A stretch of 64,000 bases of DNA from Squalus acanthias. Taxonomy: Eukaryota. The stretch covers positions 21,516,001-21,580,000 of the forward strand of contig CM059432.1 of the NCBI GenBank assembly GCA_030390025.1, read 5' to 3'. Shown here piece after piece: positions 37,806 to 50,853 of this stretch (position 1 is the first letter of the stretch; the number at the start of each line of letters is the position of its first letter). A program made the position numbers and the translations under genes. The notes beneath the pieces are model-generated. The model had not been told where the DNA came from. It did not search any database and saw only the letters and a program-made list of their open reading frames with translations.

Positions 37806-38407
37806 CTGTGTGGTACAGTGGATTTGAATATCGGAGGAAGATTTATGCTGTTCAATATTTATAGCAAAATTATAAATGCAAATGGAACAAACCAGCAAGT
37901 GAGACATATAATGCAAATAGAAATGAGTTGCGTGAACTTTCCAGACTGAATAGCCAGGGGTTGTAGGCTTCATATGGTGCTCAGTCTTAGAGTGGCCCAG
38001 TAGCTCACCTCTGAGATTATGTATTTAGTTTCCATGACAATCTGTCACGTCACTCCCTCTGCCTTATGATTGAGAAATTTCAATAGTCTTTAGGTAGCTA
38101 GTTACAGAGATATTAGGCACCCACCTTTGATCCAATTTAAAAATATCTCAAGGCAAAACAAAACTGGTAATGCTGGGAATTTGAAATAAAATCAGCAAAC
38201 ACTGAAGACACACAGCTGGTCAGTCAGCATCTAAGAGAGAAAAGATAAGCAAACACTTCAGATGGGACACTTTTTCAAAAGAAAGACTTGTATTAATATA
38301 ATGCATTATCATATCTGTCAAAGCACATATTACATACAATACAATAAATTACTCCTGAAGTGCAGTGACTTGCTATTATGTAGGCAAAGGCAGCAACTAT
38401 TTTACAC

Positions 38408-38782
38408 AGAGAAACGTATAAAATTCTGACAGGGCTAGACAGATTGGATGCAGGGAGGATGTTTCCCCTGGCTGGGGGGTCTAGAACGAGGGGTCACAGT
38501 CTCAGGATACGGGGTAGGACATTTAGGACTGAGATGAGGAAAAATTTCTTCACTCAGAGCGTGGTGAACCTGTGGAATTCTTTACCACAGAAGGCTGTGG
38601 AGGCCAAGTCACTGAATATATTTAAGAAGGAGATAGATAGATTTCTAGACACAAAAGGCATCAAGGGGTATCGGGAGAGAGCGGGAATATGGTATTGAGA
38701 TAGAGGATCAGCCACGATCATATTGAATGGCGGAGCAGACTCGAAGCGCCGAATGGCCTACTCCTGCTCCTATTTTTCTATG
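38408..38782 (+). mobile_element. CR1 LINE 3' fragment
   Basis: DAGRMFPLAGGSRTRGHSLRIRG..FFTQSVVNLWNSLP plus CR1 3' UTR. Confidence 0.9.
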
Positions 38783-39401
38783 AGAGATCTGCAAACCGAT
38801 TGGAAAGTCAGCTAATCTGTTTTGGGTGGTGTGAAAATGTTATCCGGGATAACTCAATTCCTCTTCAAATAGTCCATGGAACCTTTAGCATTCAACTAAA
38901 AATGCTCAATTCATCCAAAGAATGACACTTTATAATGCAATACTTCTTTAGTAAAGAAGAAAGAAAGAACTTGCTTTTATATAGAGCCTTTCATGACCTC
39001 AGGACGTCCCAAATGCCAAAAGTTAAGTGCTTTTGAAGTGCAGTTGCTGTAATAATGCACTCAAGTGTCAGCGTAGTCTTGAAAGGGGGCTTGATCCACA
39101 ATCTTGTGTTGCAAAGACAAATCTTTTACCTACGAAGTCAATCTAATGCTAGTTTGAATAGAAGCTCACATTTTTTTCTTTGAACATGAAGTTCAGATAG
39201 GGCTCTAATGGACCAGTGTCTTTAAAAAAAATACTCCTACATATGTCTGCTGACAATTTTGCTTTCTCCCACTATATATGGTTCTAGTGGAATATTGTTA
39301 TTATACTTGTTGTCCTGCGTGGGGTGTGCTGTGTGGTAATTTAACCATAGAATATGCATGCTTCCCAGACAGTCTGCTGGTGTTGTCAGACTAGCAAATA
39401 T

Positions 39402-40137
39402 GGCCGGAATTTTAATTTGGAGGTAGGTCGGGAGCGGGGGGCGGGGTCGAGAAAGTGGTTGGGAAACCCGGGAGAATGGGTTTCCCACAGGTGCTGCCGA
39501 ATTTAACAGCAAGGCCTGATTAATGTTTCAAAGCTGTAGCCGTAGCCAGATGGGGAGGATGGCTGGCTGCAGGTGGGTAGACCTGCGGCACTAAGCCGCA
39601 GAGAGGAGAGGGGAATGGGTCGGGGCCGGAAGATGATCGGGGCAGAAAATTGGGGAACTGCGGAGCATCAGGGGGGCAGGGAGTGCTGGTCGGGGGACTG
39701 AGGACAATCAGGGCTGGAGGGAGGAGGCCGGAAATCAGTGAGTGATCGGAGGCCTCGGGTGGGGGGGAAACCGAAGGCCTTGTGGGGAGGAGGGTTGGTA
39801 TCCGATCATGGGGGTAGGTGAGGCAGGGACTCTGGATCCAGCGAGTAAGTGGAAAGGCACTTACCTCCTAGATCTATCAGTCTTCACCATACTTTAGCTG
39901 GCAGTTCCCCGAGGCCTGGGAAACCCAACCAGCCAGAGTTAAGTTTGTAATAGTGTATCACCATGAGGCACGCCAGCCTCATTATAATATTTAAATGGGC
40001 AACGGGTTGGTTGCCCGCCTCCGTTAAAATCGCAAGTGCGTGGGTTGGAGGCGAGTTGGGGTCAGGATTCAGGTTTTTAACCTCCCACCCGGCCCTAACC
40101 CCCCCCCCCCCCAATTTTTGGGGTTAAAATGCCCCCC
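39402..40137. mobile_element. GC-rich MITE-like (Harbinger-like) element
   Basis: Ends GGCCGGAATTTTAA / TTAAAATGCCCCC; same terminal style as other GG..CC elements in the window. Confidence 0.5.
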
Positions 40138-40159
40138 TCTGCCTCTAACCCCTTGTGTT

Positions 40160-41327
40160 ATATGACATTCTTGGGATTGTGTAGTTATGTGACTGTGACA
40201 GTAGTAAACTATCCCTCCTCGTCCTTCTCGACCTATCTTCAGCATTTGACACAGTTGACCTCACCATTCTCCTTCACCGCCTGTCCACTGTCGTCCAGCT
40301 GGGTGGGACTGCACTCACCTGATTCCATTCTTATCTATCTAGTCGTAGCCAGAGAATCACCTGTAACAGCTTCTCTTATGGCTCCTGCACCATTACGTCT
40401 GGTGTCCACCAAGGATCTATCCTTGATCTCCTCCTATTTCTCATCTACAGGCTGCCCCTCAGCGAAATCATGCGAAAACACAGCGTCAGTTTCCACATGT
40501 ACGCTGATGACACCCAGCTCTACCTCACCACCACCTCTCTCGCCCCCTCCACTGCATCTAAATTGTCCGACATCCAGTACTGGATGAGCAGAAATTTTCT
40601 TCAACCAAATATTGGGAAGACTGAAGCCATTGTCTCTGCTCCCCGCCACAATCTCCGTTCCCTAGCCGCCGACTCCATCCCTCTCCCTGGCAACTGTCTG
40701 AGACTAAACCACACTGTTCGCAAACATGGTGTTGTATTTGACCCTGACGTGATCTTCCAACCCAATATCCTCTCCATCGCTAATACCGCCAATTTCCACC
40801 TCCGTAACATTGCCCGACTCCACCCTGCCTCAGCTTATCGACTGCTGAAACCCTCATCCATGCCCTTGTTACCTCTCGACTTGACTATTCTAATGTACTC
40901 CTGGCGGCTTGACATGTTCCACCCTCAGTAAACTTGAGGTAATCCAAAATTCTGCTGCCCATGTCTTCACTCGCACCAAGTCCGATTCACACGTCACCCT
41001 TGTGCTCGTTGACCTACATTGGCTTCTGGTTAAGCAATGCCTCGATTTTAAAATTCTGCCCTCTTCCTCATCCCCAATTTTAATCACTCCACCATTGGTG
41101 GCCGTGCCTTCAGCTGCTGAGGCCCTAAGCTCTGGAATTCCCTCCCTTAACCTTTCTACTTCTCTTTCCTCTTTGAAGACGCTCCTTAACACCTACCTCT
41201 TTCATCTACCTTAATATCTCCTTATATGGCCTGGTGTCAAATTTTGTTTGATAACTCTCCTGTGAAGCACCTTGGGATGTTTTACTACGTTAAAGGTGCT
41301 ATATAAATACAAGTTGTTGCTGTTGTT
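40160..41327 (+). mobile_element. L2-clade LINE RT/3' fragment
   Basis: FHMYADDTQLY; QNSAAHVFTRTK..LHWL; L2 tail ..gctatataaatacaagttgttg. Confidence 0.9.
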
Positions 41328-42242
41328 AGAATGTCTTGTAGTAGAGTGTAGTTGGTTCTAGTGCCTGCGGGACTGGGATATTTGTAAGCTACGGTTAATT
41401 CTGATCCTATGAGCTGAAGCAAAAAAAAAAGACACAGCCTCACTTGAGGATTGGGATAGAGGAAATAATTAGGATTTAGTGGTAAACTTGAGATGGTAGA
41501 AAATGTAGAAGTGGGAGAACAAAATGAATATACTAAATTTTGGGAAAGCTGACTTTAAAGCCAGGAGGATTAAAATAGGAAGGACAGATTGAAAAAGGAT
41601 ATATTAGTGGGGTATACACCACACCAGAATGGTTAGATTTAAAGAAATAAAGAAATAACTTCCATTTATGTAGCACCATTCATGACCTCAGGATGTCCCA
41701 AAGTGCTTTACTTTTTTTGAAGAGTAGTCACTGTTGTAATGTAGGAACATATATTAAAGGATATATTGGAAAGGAATTATACGAATATTTAGTCTGCACC
41801 ACTTATAGTAGATAACCCGATTCGCCCGCTATAAACTTTGGGCAGTAAAACCATCACAGGTTGTAGGAATCCTACTGAGGGTTTGGAGGGTATCATTCAA
41901 AGTTACACAAAACAGTTCTGACCAATGTTCCCTGAAAGGTGCACGGATGCTGGAGAGCTGGAGCATGGGGAGGGGACCAATACCCAATGGCTCGGGAATC
42001 CTCACAGGGAGAGTCATTTGTGACCTCACAGAGGCAATCCAAATTTGAATGGCGTTTGCTAAGATACAGAGTCCTGGAATCCGACAAGCGTTGTCTCGGG
42101 ATTTTGTCGATACTTTTTACGCAGAGACGCGTGCAGTCGGTTCCTCAGGACTGAGCAGCGGCCGCACTTTGGTGCAACACACTGCAAGAGCTGGTTATTG
42201 ATCGGAGAAAGTTCACACGTTCCTTTTATGAGCACAGAATAA

Positions 42243-42856
42243 ATAGAGGCATACAGTATAAAAGCAAGAAAGTTATGATGAACCTTTATAAAACACTGGT
42301 TCAGCCTCAACTGGACTAGTGTGTCCCATTCTGGGCACCGCACTTTAGGAACGCCTGAGAGAGGGGGCAGAAAAGATTTACGAGAATGGTTCCAGGGATG
42401 AGGGACTTCAGTTACGTGGATAGACTGGAGAAGCTGGGGTTGTTCTCCTTAGAGCAGTGAAGGTTGAGAGGAAGTTTGATAGAGGTGTTAAAAATCATGA
42501 TGGGTCTAGACAGAGTAGATAGACTGAAACTGTTCCCATTGGCGGAAGGGTCAAGGACCAGAGGACACAGATTTTATGGTGATTGGCAAAAGAACCAAAG
42601 GCGACATGAGGAAAAACTTTTTTATGCAGCGAGTGGTTAGGATCTGGAATGCAATGCCTGAGAGGGTGGTGGAGGCAGACTCAGTCATGGCTTTCATAAG
42701 GGAATTGGATAAGTACCTGAAGGAAAAAAAAATTGCAGGGCTACAGGGAAAGGGTGGAGGAGTGGGACTAGCTGAAGTTCTCTTGCAGAGAGCCGACACG
42801 GGCTCGACGGGCCAAAGGGCTTCCTTCTGTACTGTAACCATTCTATGATTCTATGA
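42243..42856 (+). mobile_element. CR1 LINE 3' fragment
   Basis: Closely similar to 28575-29184; ttctatgattctatg tail. Confidence 0.9.
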
Positions 42857-43084
42857 ATACACCGAATCTGAAAAACTCACCACAGAAAATGACATCAGTA
42901 TTACCTGGGGTTGCTCCAACAGACACCATCACCCGATACCACCAGCAGTTCACAGCCAAACACACCTGGACTGCTTGAGGCTGCTACTTTCACATCAAAT
43001 GCCTCTTCCACCAAGCCTTCGGCCCAGAATAAGTGCCATTCCTGCTTTCCCAAGCACTCCAAACCAGGAAGGAAGGAGAAATGC

Positions 43085-44180
43085 CGTGTCCGTTCTATCT
43101 CCCGCACATCTGCCCTCACCCCTGCCCCTCCCTCCCGGAACCACGATAGGGTTCCCCTTGTCCTCACCTTTCACCCCACCAGCCTCCACATTCAACGGAT
43201 CATCCTCCGCCATTTCCGCCACCTCCAGCGTGATCCCACCACCAAACACATCTTCCCCTCACCTCCCCTTTCAGCATTCCGCAGGGACCGCTCCCTCCGC
43301 GACACCCTAGTCCACTCCTCTACCACCCCCAGCACCCCTTCCCCTTCGCCCGGCACCTTCCCGTGCACGCGCAGGAGATGCAACACATGCCCTTATACCT
43401 CCCCTCTTCCCACTGTCCAGGGCCCCAAACACCCCTTCCAGGTGAAACAGCGATTTACTTGTACTTCCTGCAATTTAGTATACTGTATTCGCTGCTCACG
43501 ATGTGGACTCCTCTACATTGGGGAGACCAAACGCAGATTGGGTGACCGCTTTGCGGAACACCTCCGTTCAGTCCGTAAGGGGGACCCCGAGCTCCCGGTG
43601 GCCTGTCACTTTAATTCACCGCTTCACTCCCACTCTGACCTCACCGTCCTCGGCCTAATACACTGTTCCACGGAAGCTCAGCGTAAGCTCGAGGAACAGC
43701 ACCTCATCTTTCGTTTAGGCACGCTACAGCCCTCTGGACTCAATATCGAGTTCAACAATTTTAGATCATAACCTCAGCTCCAATCACATTTATATTTTAT
43801 TTTATCCACCCTTTTATTTGTCCCCCCCACCTTTTTTTTCCTCCTAGAAGCTGGCAGCTGTCCTTCATTCTGCCAGTAGATTTCACACTTCATTCAGCCT
43901 TAATCTGTCACATTAACACCACCTCTAGCCTTGCATATCTCTTAATGTCTCTTAATGTCTCTTCATCTCCTCCTTTGTTCCTTTATCCCCTCCCCCTTTT
44001 CCCAGCTTTACCCTGGCCTTAAATCTATTTGATTTCCAGCTCTTCCCAGTTCTGATGAAAGGTCATCGACCTGAAACGTCAACTCTGTTTCTCTCTCCAC
44101 GGATGCTGCCTGGCCTGCTGAGTTTTTCCAGCGTTTTCTGTTGTTATTTCGGATTTCCAGCATCTGCAGTATTTTGCTAT
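43085..44180 (+). mobile_element. Penelope-like element, 5'-truncated (open GIY-YIG frame plus 3' region)
   Basis: RVPLVLTFHP..CTRRRCNTC..NLVYCIRCSRCGLLYIGETKRRLGDRFAEH..GLNIEF; near-identical to 22255-22941. Confidence 0.93.
44048..44084 (+). ncRNA. Minimal type I hammerhead ribozyme motif
   Basis: Stem I AGTT/AACT, core CTGATGA, stem II AGGTC-atc-GACCT, GAAA, palindromic ACGT stem III, GTC cleavage triplet (predicted cut after 44080). Confidence 0.75.
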
Positions 44181-45029
44181 CGGAGAAATGCAATATATTG
44201 CTTGTTGGAATATATTTATTTTTAGGTTAACTTAAAAAAAAATTATCACATATTTAACATCTGTATATTTATTTAGTTTAATGTTTATTTTTAAGTAAAT
44301 ACATGTTAACGTCCAAAGGTGTCTTTTTTTAAACGTCACTCGGGTTTTAAAGTCTTAAATTGGTCCAACGTTTTTGAAACTGAAGCCAAGAGGAAGACGG
44401 CGAGGAGTTGCAGCTTTGCGAAAGGTGGACTATCGACAAACGGATCGCCCCTCGATGTTTCAGAACTTTCCCGATCTCCAGACAGTGTCTTGGTGAACCT
44501 CTTCAGGCAAACTTTTTTTTTAATGTTTCACATTTCAGTTCATGCAGTGTAATGCAGACAAAGGTGAGCTGTGGATGTGCAACTGAACGAGACGGTCCAG
44601 AACTGGAAATGTTGATGTGAGTGATCAGTGTCTGGTTAAAGCTGAACAATAACAAGGTGGGAGGGGGAGGGAAGCACTTTCTAATCTTAAATTAGACCCC
44701 AGTTCTACAAGTGCTTTTGCTCCCATGGAAAGTGGTTTTGGGTACACCTCAATGAAAAAGTGGTGATATAACCTAAGAGATATTTGAGGGTGCAAAAGGC
44801 GTGAGGCATGAATCTCCTACGGGTTTATGTTTGCACTGAGTGCATGTTAACTCCAGCTTTAGTTTCTCACCACCTCCCAACAAATGTTGGAAACAAATTT
44901 ATTGCTAATGTCTGGTGTAATAATAAGAAAATTTAACAGAATAAGTAATTTGGTTCATCAAGTGTTTTCCTTCCTCCAACAATATCCAGTCTATTTGTTT
45001 TTGGGATGAGACATTAAATCTGCTCCTGT

Positions 45030-45475
45030 GGTTCAGATGGATTAATAAGGGACAGCCAGCATGGATTTGTTAAAGGCAAATTATGTCTGACTAACCTGAT
45101 TGAGTTCTTTGATGAAGTAACAGAGAGGGTAGATGAAGGTACTATAGTAGATGTATATATGGACTTTCAAAAGGCATTTGATGAAGTACCACATAACAGA
45201 CTTATTCAGTAAATAGAAGCACATGATATTAAAGGGACAGTGGTAACTTGGGCACATAATTGGCTATGGGATAGGAGGCAGAGAGTAGTGATGAATGGAT
45301 GTTTTTCTGACTGGAGAAAAGTATGCAGTGGGGTCCACCAGAGGTTGGTATGAGGACCATTGCTTTACTTGTTATATATAAATGACCTGGACTTGGGTAT
45401 AGGGAGTAAAATTTTGAAGTTTACTGATGATATAAAACTTGGCAATGTAGTAAATAGTGAGCAGGATAGTAGCAG
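45030..45475 (+). mobile_element. CR1 RT internal fragment
   Basis: QHGFVKGKLCLTNLIEFFDEVT; YINDLDLG; KFTDDIKL. Confidence 0.85.
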
Positions 45476-46565
45476 AGTAGAGGTAGAATGTGTGAGTAAA
45501 GGTAGTATGGGATGTGTGAGACTTTGCCCAGAATGTATATTGAAGTGAGGATCCTTCTCACCAAACCTCCAGACCTTGACATAATGGCCATCTTGATTTA
45601 ATGAATCAATCTAACCTGATGTTTCCTGTCTGAATTTACAAAGGAACAGGAGATGACGTGGACAATCCCAGTTAGTAAATGTGACCTTGCTAATAGTTGC
45701 GATGTGATGCTTTGGTGTCTCAATTTTTCTGGCCAATCTGCTATGAATACCTCACATGGAATGTTGCTGACCTGTCTGTTTCTTCCTACTCCCCCATTGT
45801 CCCGACTAATCTCCAATATTAGCATATCCTAATCGGACAATGACCCCAAGATGTTATGGTTAACTTTGATGGGACACCCGAAAGAGTAAATTCTAACACG
45901 AGACACAAGTAATAGTGTTTGTAAGAGCTGTGACCTGTTAGAGATTAAATAAAGTCACTAATGAGGTTTATAAACCAAAAAAGAGCAACTGCTTTCATGA
46001 TTTTTAAGAGTTTGTCTGATTGTCTCATGATTTGAGACGGTGTGGTGACTGTATATATGCTTTTAAGTGGTTGCTGTCACTGTCGTTGTTGTTATAAGAG
46101 TTGCTGTTGTTGTAAAATTTGCCCACGGACAAAAAGGTTTCACTCAAAGGAGTTTGTGCCTCACTCAGGACAAAAAAATTAGAGGGAACATTGGTCCTGA
46201 CACTTATGTTGATTTTAATGCATTTGAATCACCCCCTTAATAAATGGTAATTCTTGAAAGACATTCACAAAGGTGGCTACAGCGGTTCATGAACTTTTAA
46301 ATTCACTCTCTCACAGTTCGTAGGCAGAAACTGCCACCAACCATTCACCCTGCAGCACTGGTGGCTTTCACTTCTTTTATTGTGACATGAATACATACAG
46401 TTTCTTTTCTTTTGTTTAATTCATTTTGCCACGGAAATGTCAGGATATTTTAGCCCTCTCAGGTGAATATAAAAAATCTCATGGCACTATTCGAAGAAGA
46501 GCAGGAGAGTCCTCCCTGGTGTCCTGGTCAATATTTATCCCTCAGCACCATCACTAAAACAGATG

Positions 46566-46700
46566 CAATAGCAAAATACTGCGGATGCTGGAAATCTGAA
46601 ACAACAACAGAAAATACTTGAAACACTCAGCAGGTCAGGCAGCATCATGGAGAGAGAAACAGAGTTAACATTTCAGGTCGATGACCCTTCGTCGGAACGT
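46566..46700 (-). mobile_element. Penelope 3' end fragment with mutated hammerhead
   Basis: Reverse complement: gttCCGACGAagggtcatcgacctGAAAtgttaactctgtttctctc..; core T>C change. Confidence 0.7.
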
Positions 46701-47415
46701 TCGCAACCTTGGTGTCATATTTGACCCTGAAATGAGCTTCTGATCACATATCCGCAGCATAACAAAGAGCGCCTATTTCCACCTCTGTAAAACCGCCCAT
46801 CTCCGCCCTTGCCTCAGCTCATCTGCTGCTGAAACTCTCATCCATGCCTTTGTAACCTCTAGACTCGACTATTCCAACACACTCCTGGCTGGCCTTCCAC
46901 ATTCTACGTAAACTTGAGGTCATCCAAAACTTGGCTGCCCGTGTGCTAACCTGCACCAAGTCCCATTCGCCCATCACCCCTGTGCTCGCTGACCTACATT
47001 GGCTCCCGGTTAAGCAATGCCTCGATTTCAAAATTCTCATCCTTGTTTTCAAATCCCTCCATGGCCTCGCCCCTCCCTATCTCTGTAATCTCCAGCAGCC
47101 CCACAAACCCCCTAATTCTGCCCTCTTGAGCATCCCTGATTTTAATCGCTCCACCATTGGTGGCCGTGCCTTCTGTTGCCTAGGCCCTAAGCTCTGGAGT
47201 TCACTGCCTAAACCTCTCCACCTCGCTACCTCTCGTTCCTCCTTTAAGACGCTCCTTAAAACCTACCTCTTTGACCAAGCTTTTGGTCACCTGCCCTAAT
47301 TTCTCCTTATGTGGCTCGGTGTCAAATCTTTTGTCTTATAACACTCCTGTGCAGCGCCTTGGGACGTTTTACTACATTAAAGGCGCTATATAAATACAAG
47401 TTGTTGTTGTTGTTG
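46697..47415 (+). mobile_element. L2-clade LINE 3' fragment
   Basis: AARVLTCTKSHSPITPVLADLHWLPVKQCLDFKIL..GGRAFCCLGPKLWSSLP; (GTT)n tail. Confidence 0.9.
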
Positions 47416-48807
47416 GTATAAACGGTTGCCCGTGGGGAATGCACATCATACACAAGTTGAAAGTTGACAACCAAGAACAAAATGTTAGATTGGGAAATTG
47501 AAATAGCACAAAATGCTAGATGACCATCTGGGTGAGAGAAAATTGCGGGGGGCTGGGGTGAAATTGTGGGGGTTATAAGAGGACGAACAGGACTAACAAG
47601 AGTGTTGGGTGGGAATGTTCAACAGAGAGCAGGGTCATTGGTAAGGAAAAGCAATGTGATGAAGCTTTATATTTTAACAAAGAATGGTGGCAATCCCATT
47701 CCTGGTCACCTGTTTGGTCGAAGATGCAACTCCTGTCACGGAGAAAATTAAGATTATTAAAGAATTTGTTTTACAAAAGCTGTCATGTGTAAATATTGCA
47801 ACAGAATCAGATGGAATCTATCCAAGAATGCTTTAGAAAATGAGGATAAAAGATTGCTTTAAAAAATGAAGACGGGGAAATATGTTATTGCTGAATTATT
47901 TCACAGCTCATTGAATACAGGATTGGTACCAGAAGACTAAAGGATAGCTGGTGTTTGAATTCAAAGCAGCAAAGATCAGAAGTACAATCCTGGGAATTGT
48001 TGGCCTGTTAGCTTAACATCTGTAGTAGAAAAAGCACTAAAATCTATAATGCAGAAAGCAATTTGAGCACATCTACAACCAAAACACAAAGACTTGCATT
48101 AACACAATATTTTTAACATAGAGAAAAAAAATCCCAAGGCGTTCATTGAGACATAAACAGAAAAAAAGGAAAAGGCAATAGTTCCAAGATAACATAGATT
48201 ATAAAAGGCAGTTTATGATTTATTTGGGGGGCGGTGGGACTCCATTGACTGCTGAGTAGGTAAAGGCACTGTGCAGTGTATTATGTTTCAGGCAAGCCAT
48301 TTACAGGCCCGGTTGAAAATTGTATTAGGCAGGCCTTAGGCGTATAATGGGCAGCCGAGGTGCCCATACCTACTCCCTACTCCCTCCTCCCCAATTTTAA
48401 ACTTACTGGCCACTTGCTTTTCACGCAAGAAGCAGACGGGCAGAAGTTGAAAATTGCCTCCATCCTTTTTATATTGTGCATTCTATACTTGAGGCCTGAC
48501 CAAGGCTTTTTATAATGGCTTAATTACTTCCATTGGCTACAGTCTAATCCTCTCTTTATTCAAATCAACTGCCTATTAACTTAGTTAACAGCAGCCAGAT
48601 ATTGGCTTGGTGTCTTGAGGGATCGAGTTACTTTGATTCCTTGTGTCCTCGCTGCCTGCTCAGGAGAGCGGGTTAAAATTGCAGATGTTGTGATCATGGC
48701 GGCTTTCGGACAGGTAAGAGCCAGGGCGATTTTTAACTGTCAACCTGCCAGGTTTCTGCTGAATGAGTAGGGTTAAAATCGCCCCCGTGTCAAATTGTGC
48801 AAATGTA

Positions 48808-50483
48808 TGTAGGGGGTGGTGGTTTGTGTCAGCTTTACCTCTGACTTCTGAGCGGTTCGAAACGCTCCCACTCCCTTGGTTCTAGACCTTGGACTTATTT
48901 GGGGGTTGTGATACAAAAGGTGCAGCAGACAACTGAGTTTGATGAAAGAACTTTAATCTTTATTAAAAGGTAAGACACAAATAATAACACTCTTATCACT
49001 CTAAAGGTGGGGAACACTTCGGTACAAGCGAGGGAAATGACAGTAGAACAATACTTCACCCCTCCCAACCCCACTTTACGAGCTAAGTTAGGTTTTGAAG
49101 GACCAGGGATAATGCTCACCAATCCTTTGACAGTTGGGCTAAATCGCGGTTTTGGGGTTCACTGTTTATGGCGGTTAGTGTCTGCCGTACCCCATACGTG
49201 GTAGAGGACTTCACCTGGGTCTCTGGTCAGTCTTCGCGAGTCCGCTGATGCGGTAGGATGTCGTTTTGGATTTATCTGGTGAGTACCCAAATTTCTTTAG
49301 TTTAGCAGTAGGGCTTAGAGTCTTTGGGGAAAATCTTACCCAGGGGTAAGTCAGGAGTAGTTTGTAGTGTGGAAACTTTGCGATTCTTCGGGTTTTCTTC
49401 CCTGGAGTTGGTCTTTGTTGGTCGCGATGGCCTGCTATTACCCGGTCAGTTGGGGGTAATGCGCGATTGTTGGTTTCGTGAGGCTTTTGGTTTCCGCGAT
49501 GGCTTTAGGCCTTGTTTAGTGTGTCGGTCGACCTTTGTAGAGCCGTCGGTGACTTGTTGCTGCTTGTTGCTCCGGGTGACTGTGTTGGGGCCGTTGTTGG
49601 AGGTCCGTCGAGGTGGTGTCTTCGCGAGCTGGACTCAGGTGTGTCTGAGTGGTGAGCGATGCCGACTCGCTTCCAGCTCGGGCCTTCTTCTTCTTGGTCT
49701 CTTCTCCTTCTGATGATCACCGGTTGCGACTGACTGCTCGATTCCCAACGACTTTGAACTGTGCACTTTCACTCTGGTGTGTGCTTGGTGGGCCTTCAAT
49801 TATACAGAATTGAAGTGGCCTTATCTACCCGCCAAATCTACTCAGTTCATTGTCTGGTTTTGGCGGGCTCCTAAATCGGTAACGATTTACTAGCACGTTA
49901 ACTCGGTTTTTAACAGGCCTTCAACCTCACCCATTGAACATGGCCTTATCTACCCGCCAAATCTGCTCAGTTCATTGTCTGAATTTTGGCGGGCCTGTTA
50001 CCAGTAACTGCTCTGTAAGTGTCAAATGGGTTTTGGGATGGTTTGCATCCTGTCGATCTCCTTGGCTGATCACTGGTGATTGGTTTTGTGTTTTGGGTTT
50101 CTAGGCTGGACTCAGTCTTTTCTATAGACTGGTCCTGAGTGATTTGTATTATGCAAGTTTTCTGATGGGCCCTGTAATCGGTTTGATGGGGCCTGTTGTT
50201 TTGGGTGGGATTGTCTTCTCCTAGGGTCTATTGTCAAAATTTAATGCTTGCTGGGGCTTTGAGTGAGGTCATCCCGATTCCCCAGACATTGCAATTAACT
50301 GCAATACCCAAAACTGCTTTTACAGAGGTTGAACCCACCTTCTCTCGCAACCTTTTCTCCCTTTACATGTCCAGACATAGTTTTACCTTAGGTTAGGCCC
50401 AAATACAATATTATCACTCTGAGGTAGTTCCAAAGTCCTTTTTCCTTAGGATTTGGGGATCTGCAAATTTTGGAAACCTTGCA
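48808..50483 (-). mobile_element. Probable solo LTR, 1676 bp, 4-bp TSD (family Y)
   Basis: TGTAGGGG..CCTTGCA flanked by TGTA on both sides; on the minus strand TATAAT at 49804 and AATAAA at 48964; ~53-bp direct repeat upstream of the TATA; CpG-rich interior. Confidence 0.65.
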
Positions 50484-50853
50484 TGTATCCAATACTTATG
50501 TCAAAGAATCCGATCAATGCCATATCTAGTACATATTTAACAAATATAGGAAAAAGTATGACTGAACAGACATGACTTTTTCCACATTTATATTTGTAAT
50601 TATAGCAAAGGCAAATATATTCTCTAGGTATATGTTGACATAACGCTATTAAAATGACTCACAGTTGAAGAATTGGGCCCGTTATTTTATAACTGGTTCT
50701 TCTGATCTACAGCTATTTTAATTAGCTAATCTTCTCCCTTGGCTGACTAATCTAGGCTTCATATAGTCGGTTCTAGATTACTTTTTCAATATTTGTTCAC
50801 ATGAGTACCAAACAAACAATTATACCGTGGAATCCTTTATTTGCTCACACTCT

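Larger units (their letters stand above)
41923..46193. mobile_element. 4.3-kb hAT-type element with nested CR1 and Penelope insertions
   Basis: TIRs CAATGTTCCCT / TTAGAGGGAACATTG; 8-bp TSD GTTCTGAC (41915-41922) / GTCCTGAC (46194-46201); same TIR as the MITE at 37643. Confidence 0.75.

Noticed and set aside
45480..45960. Possible additional LTR
   Set aside because: No TG..CA pair with a matching TSD found; the region lies inside the hAT element.
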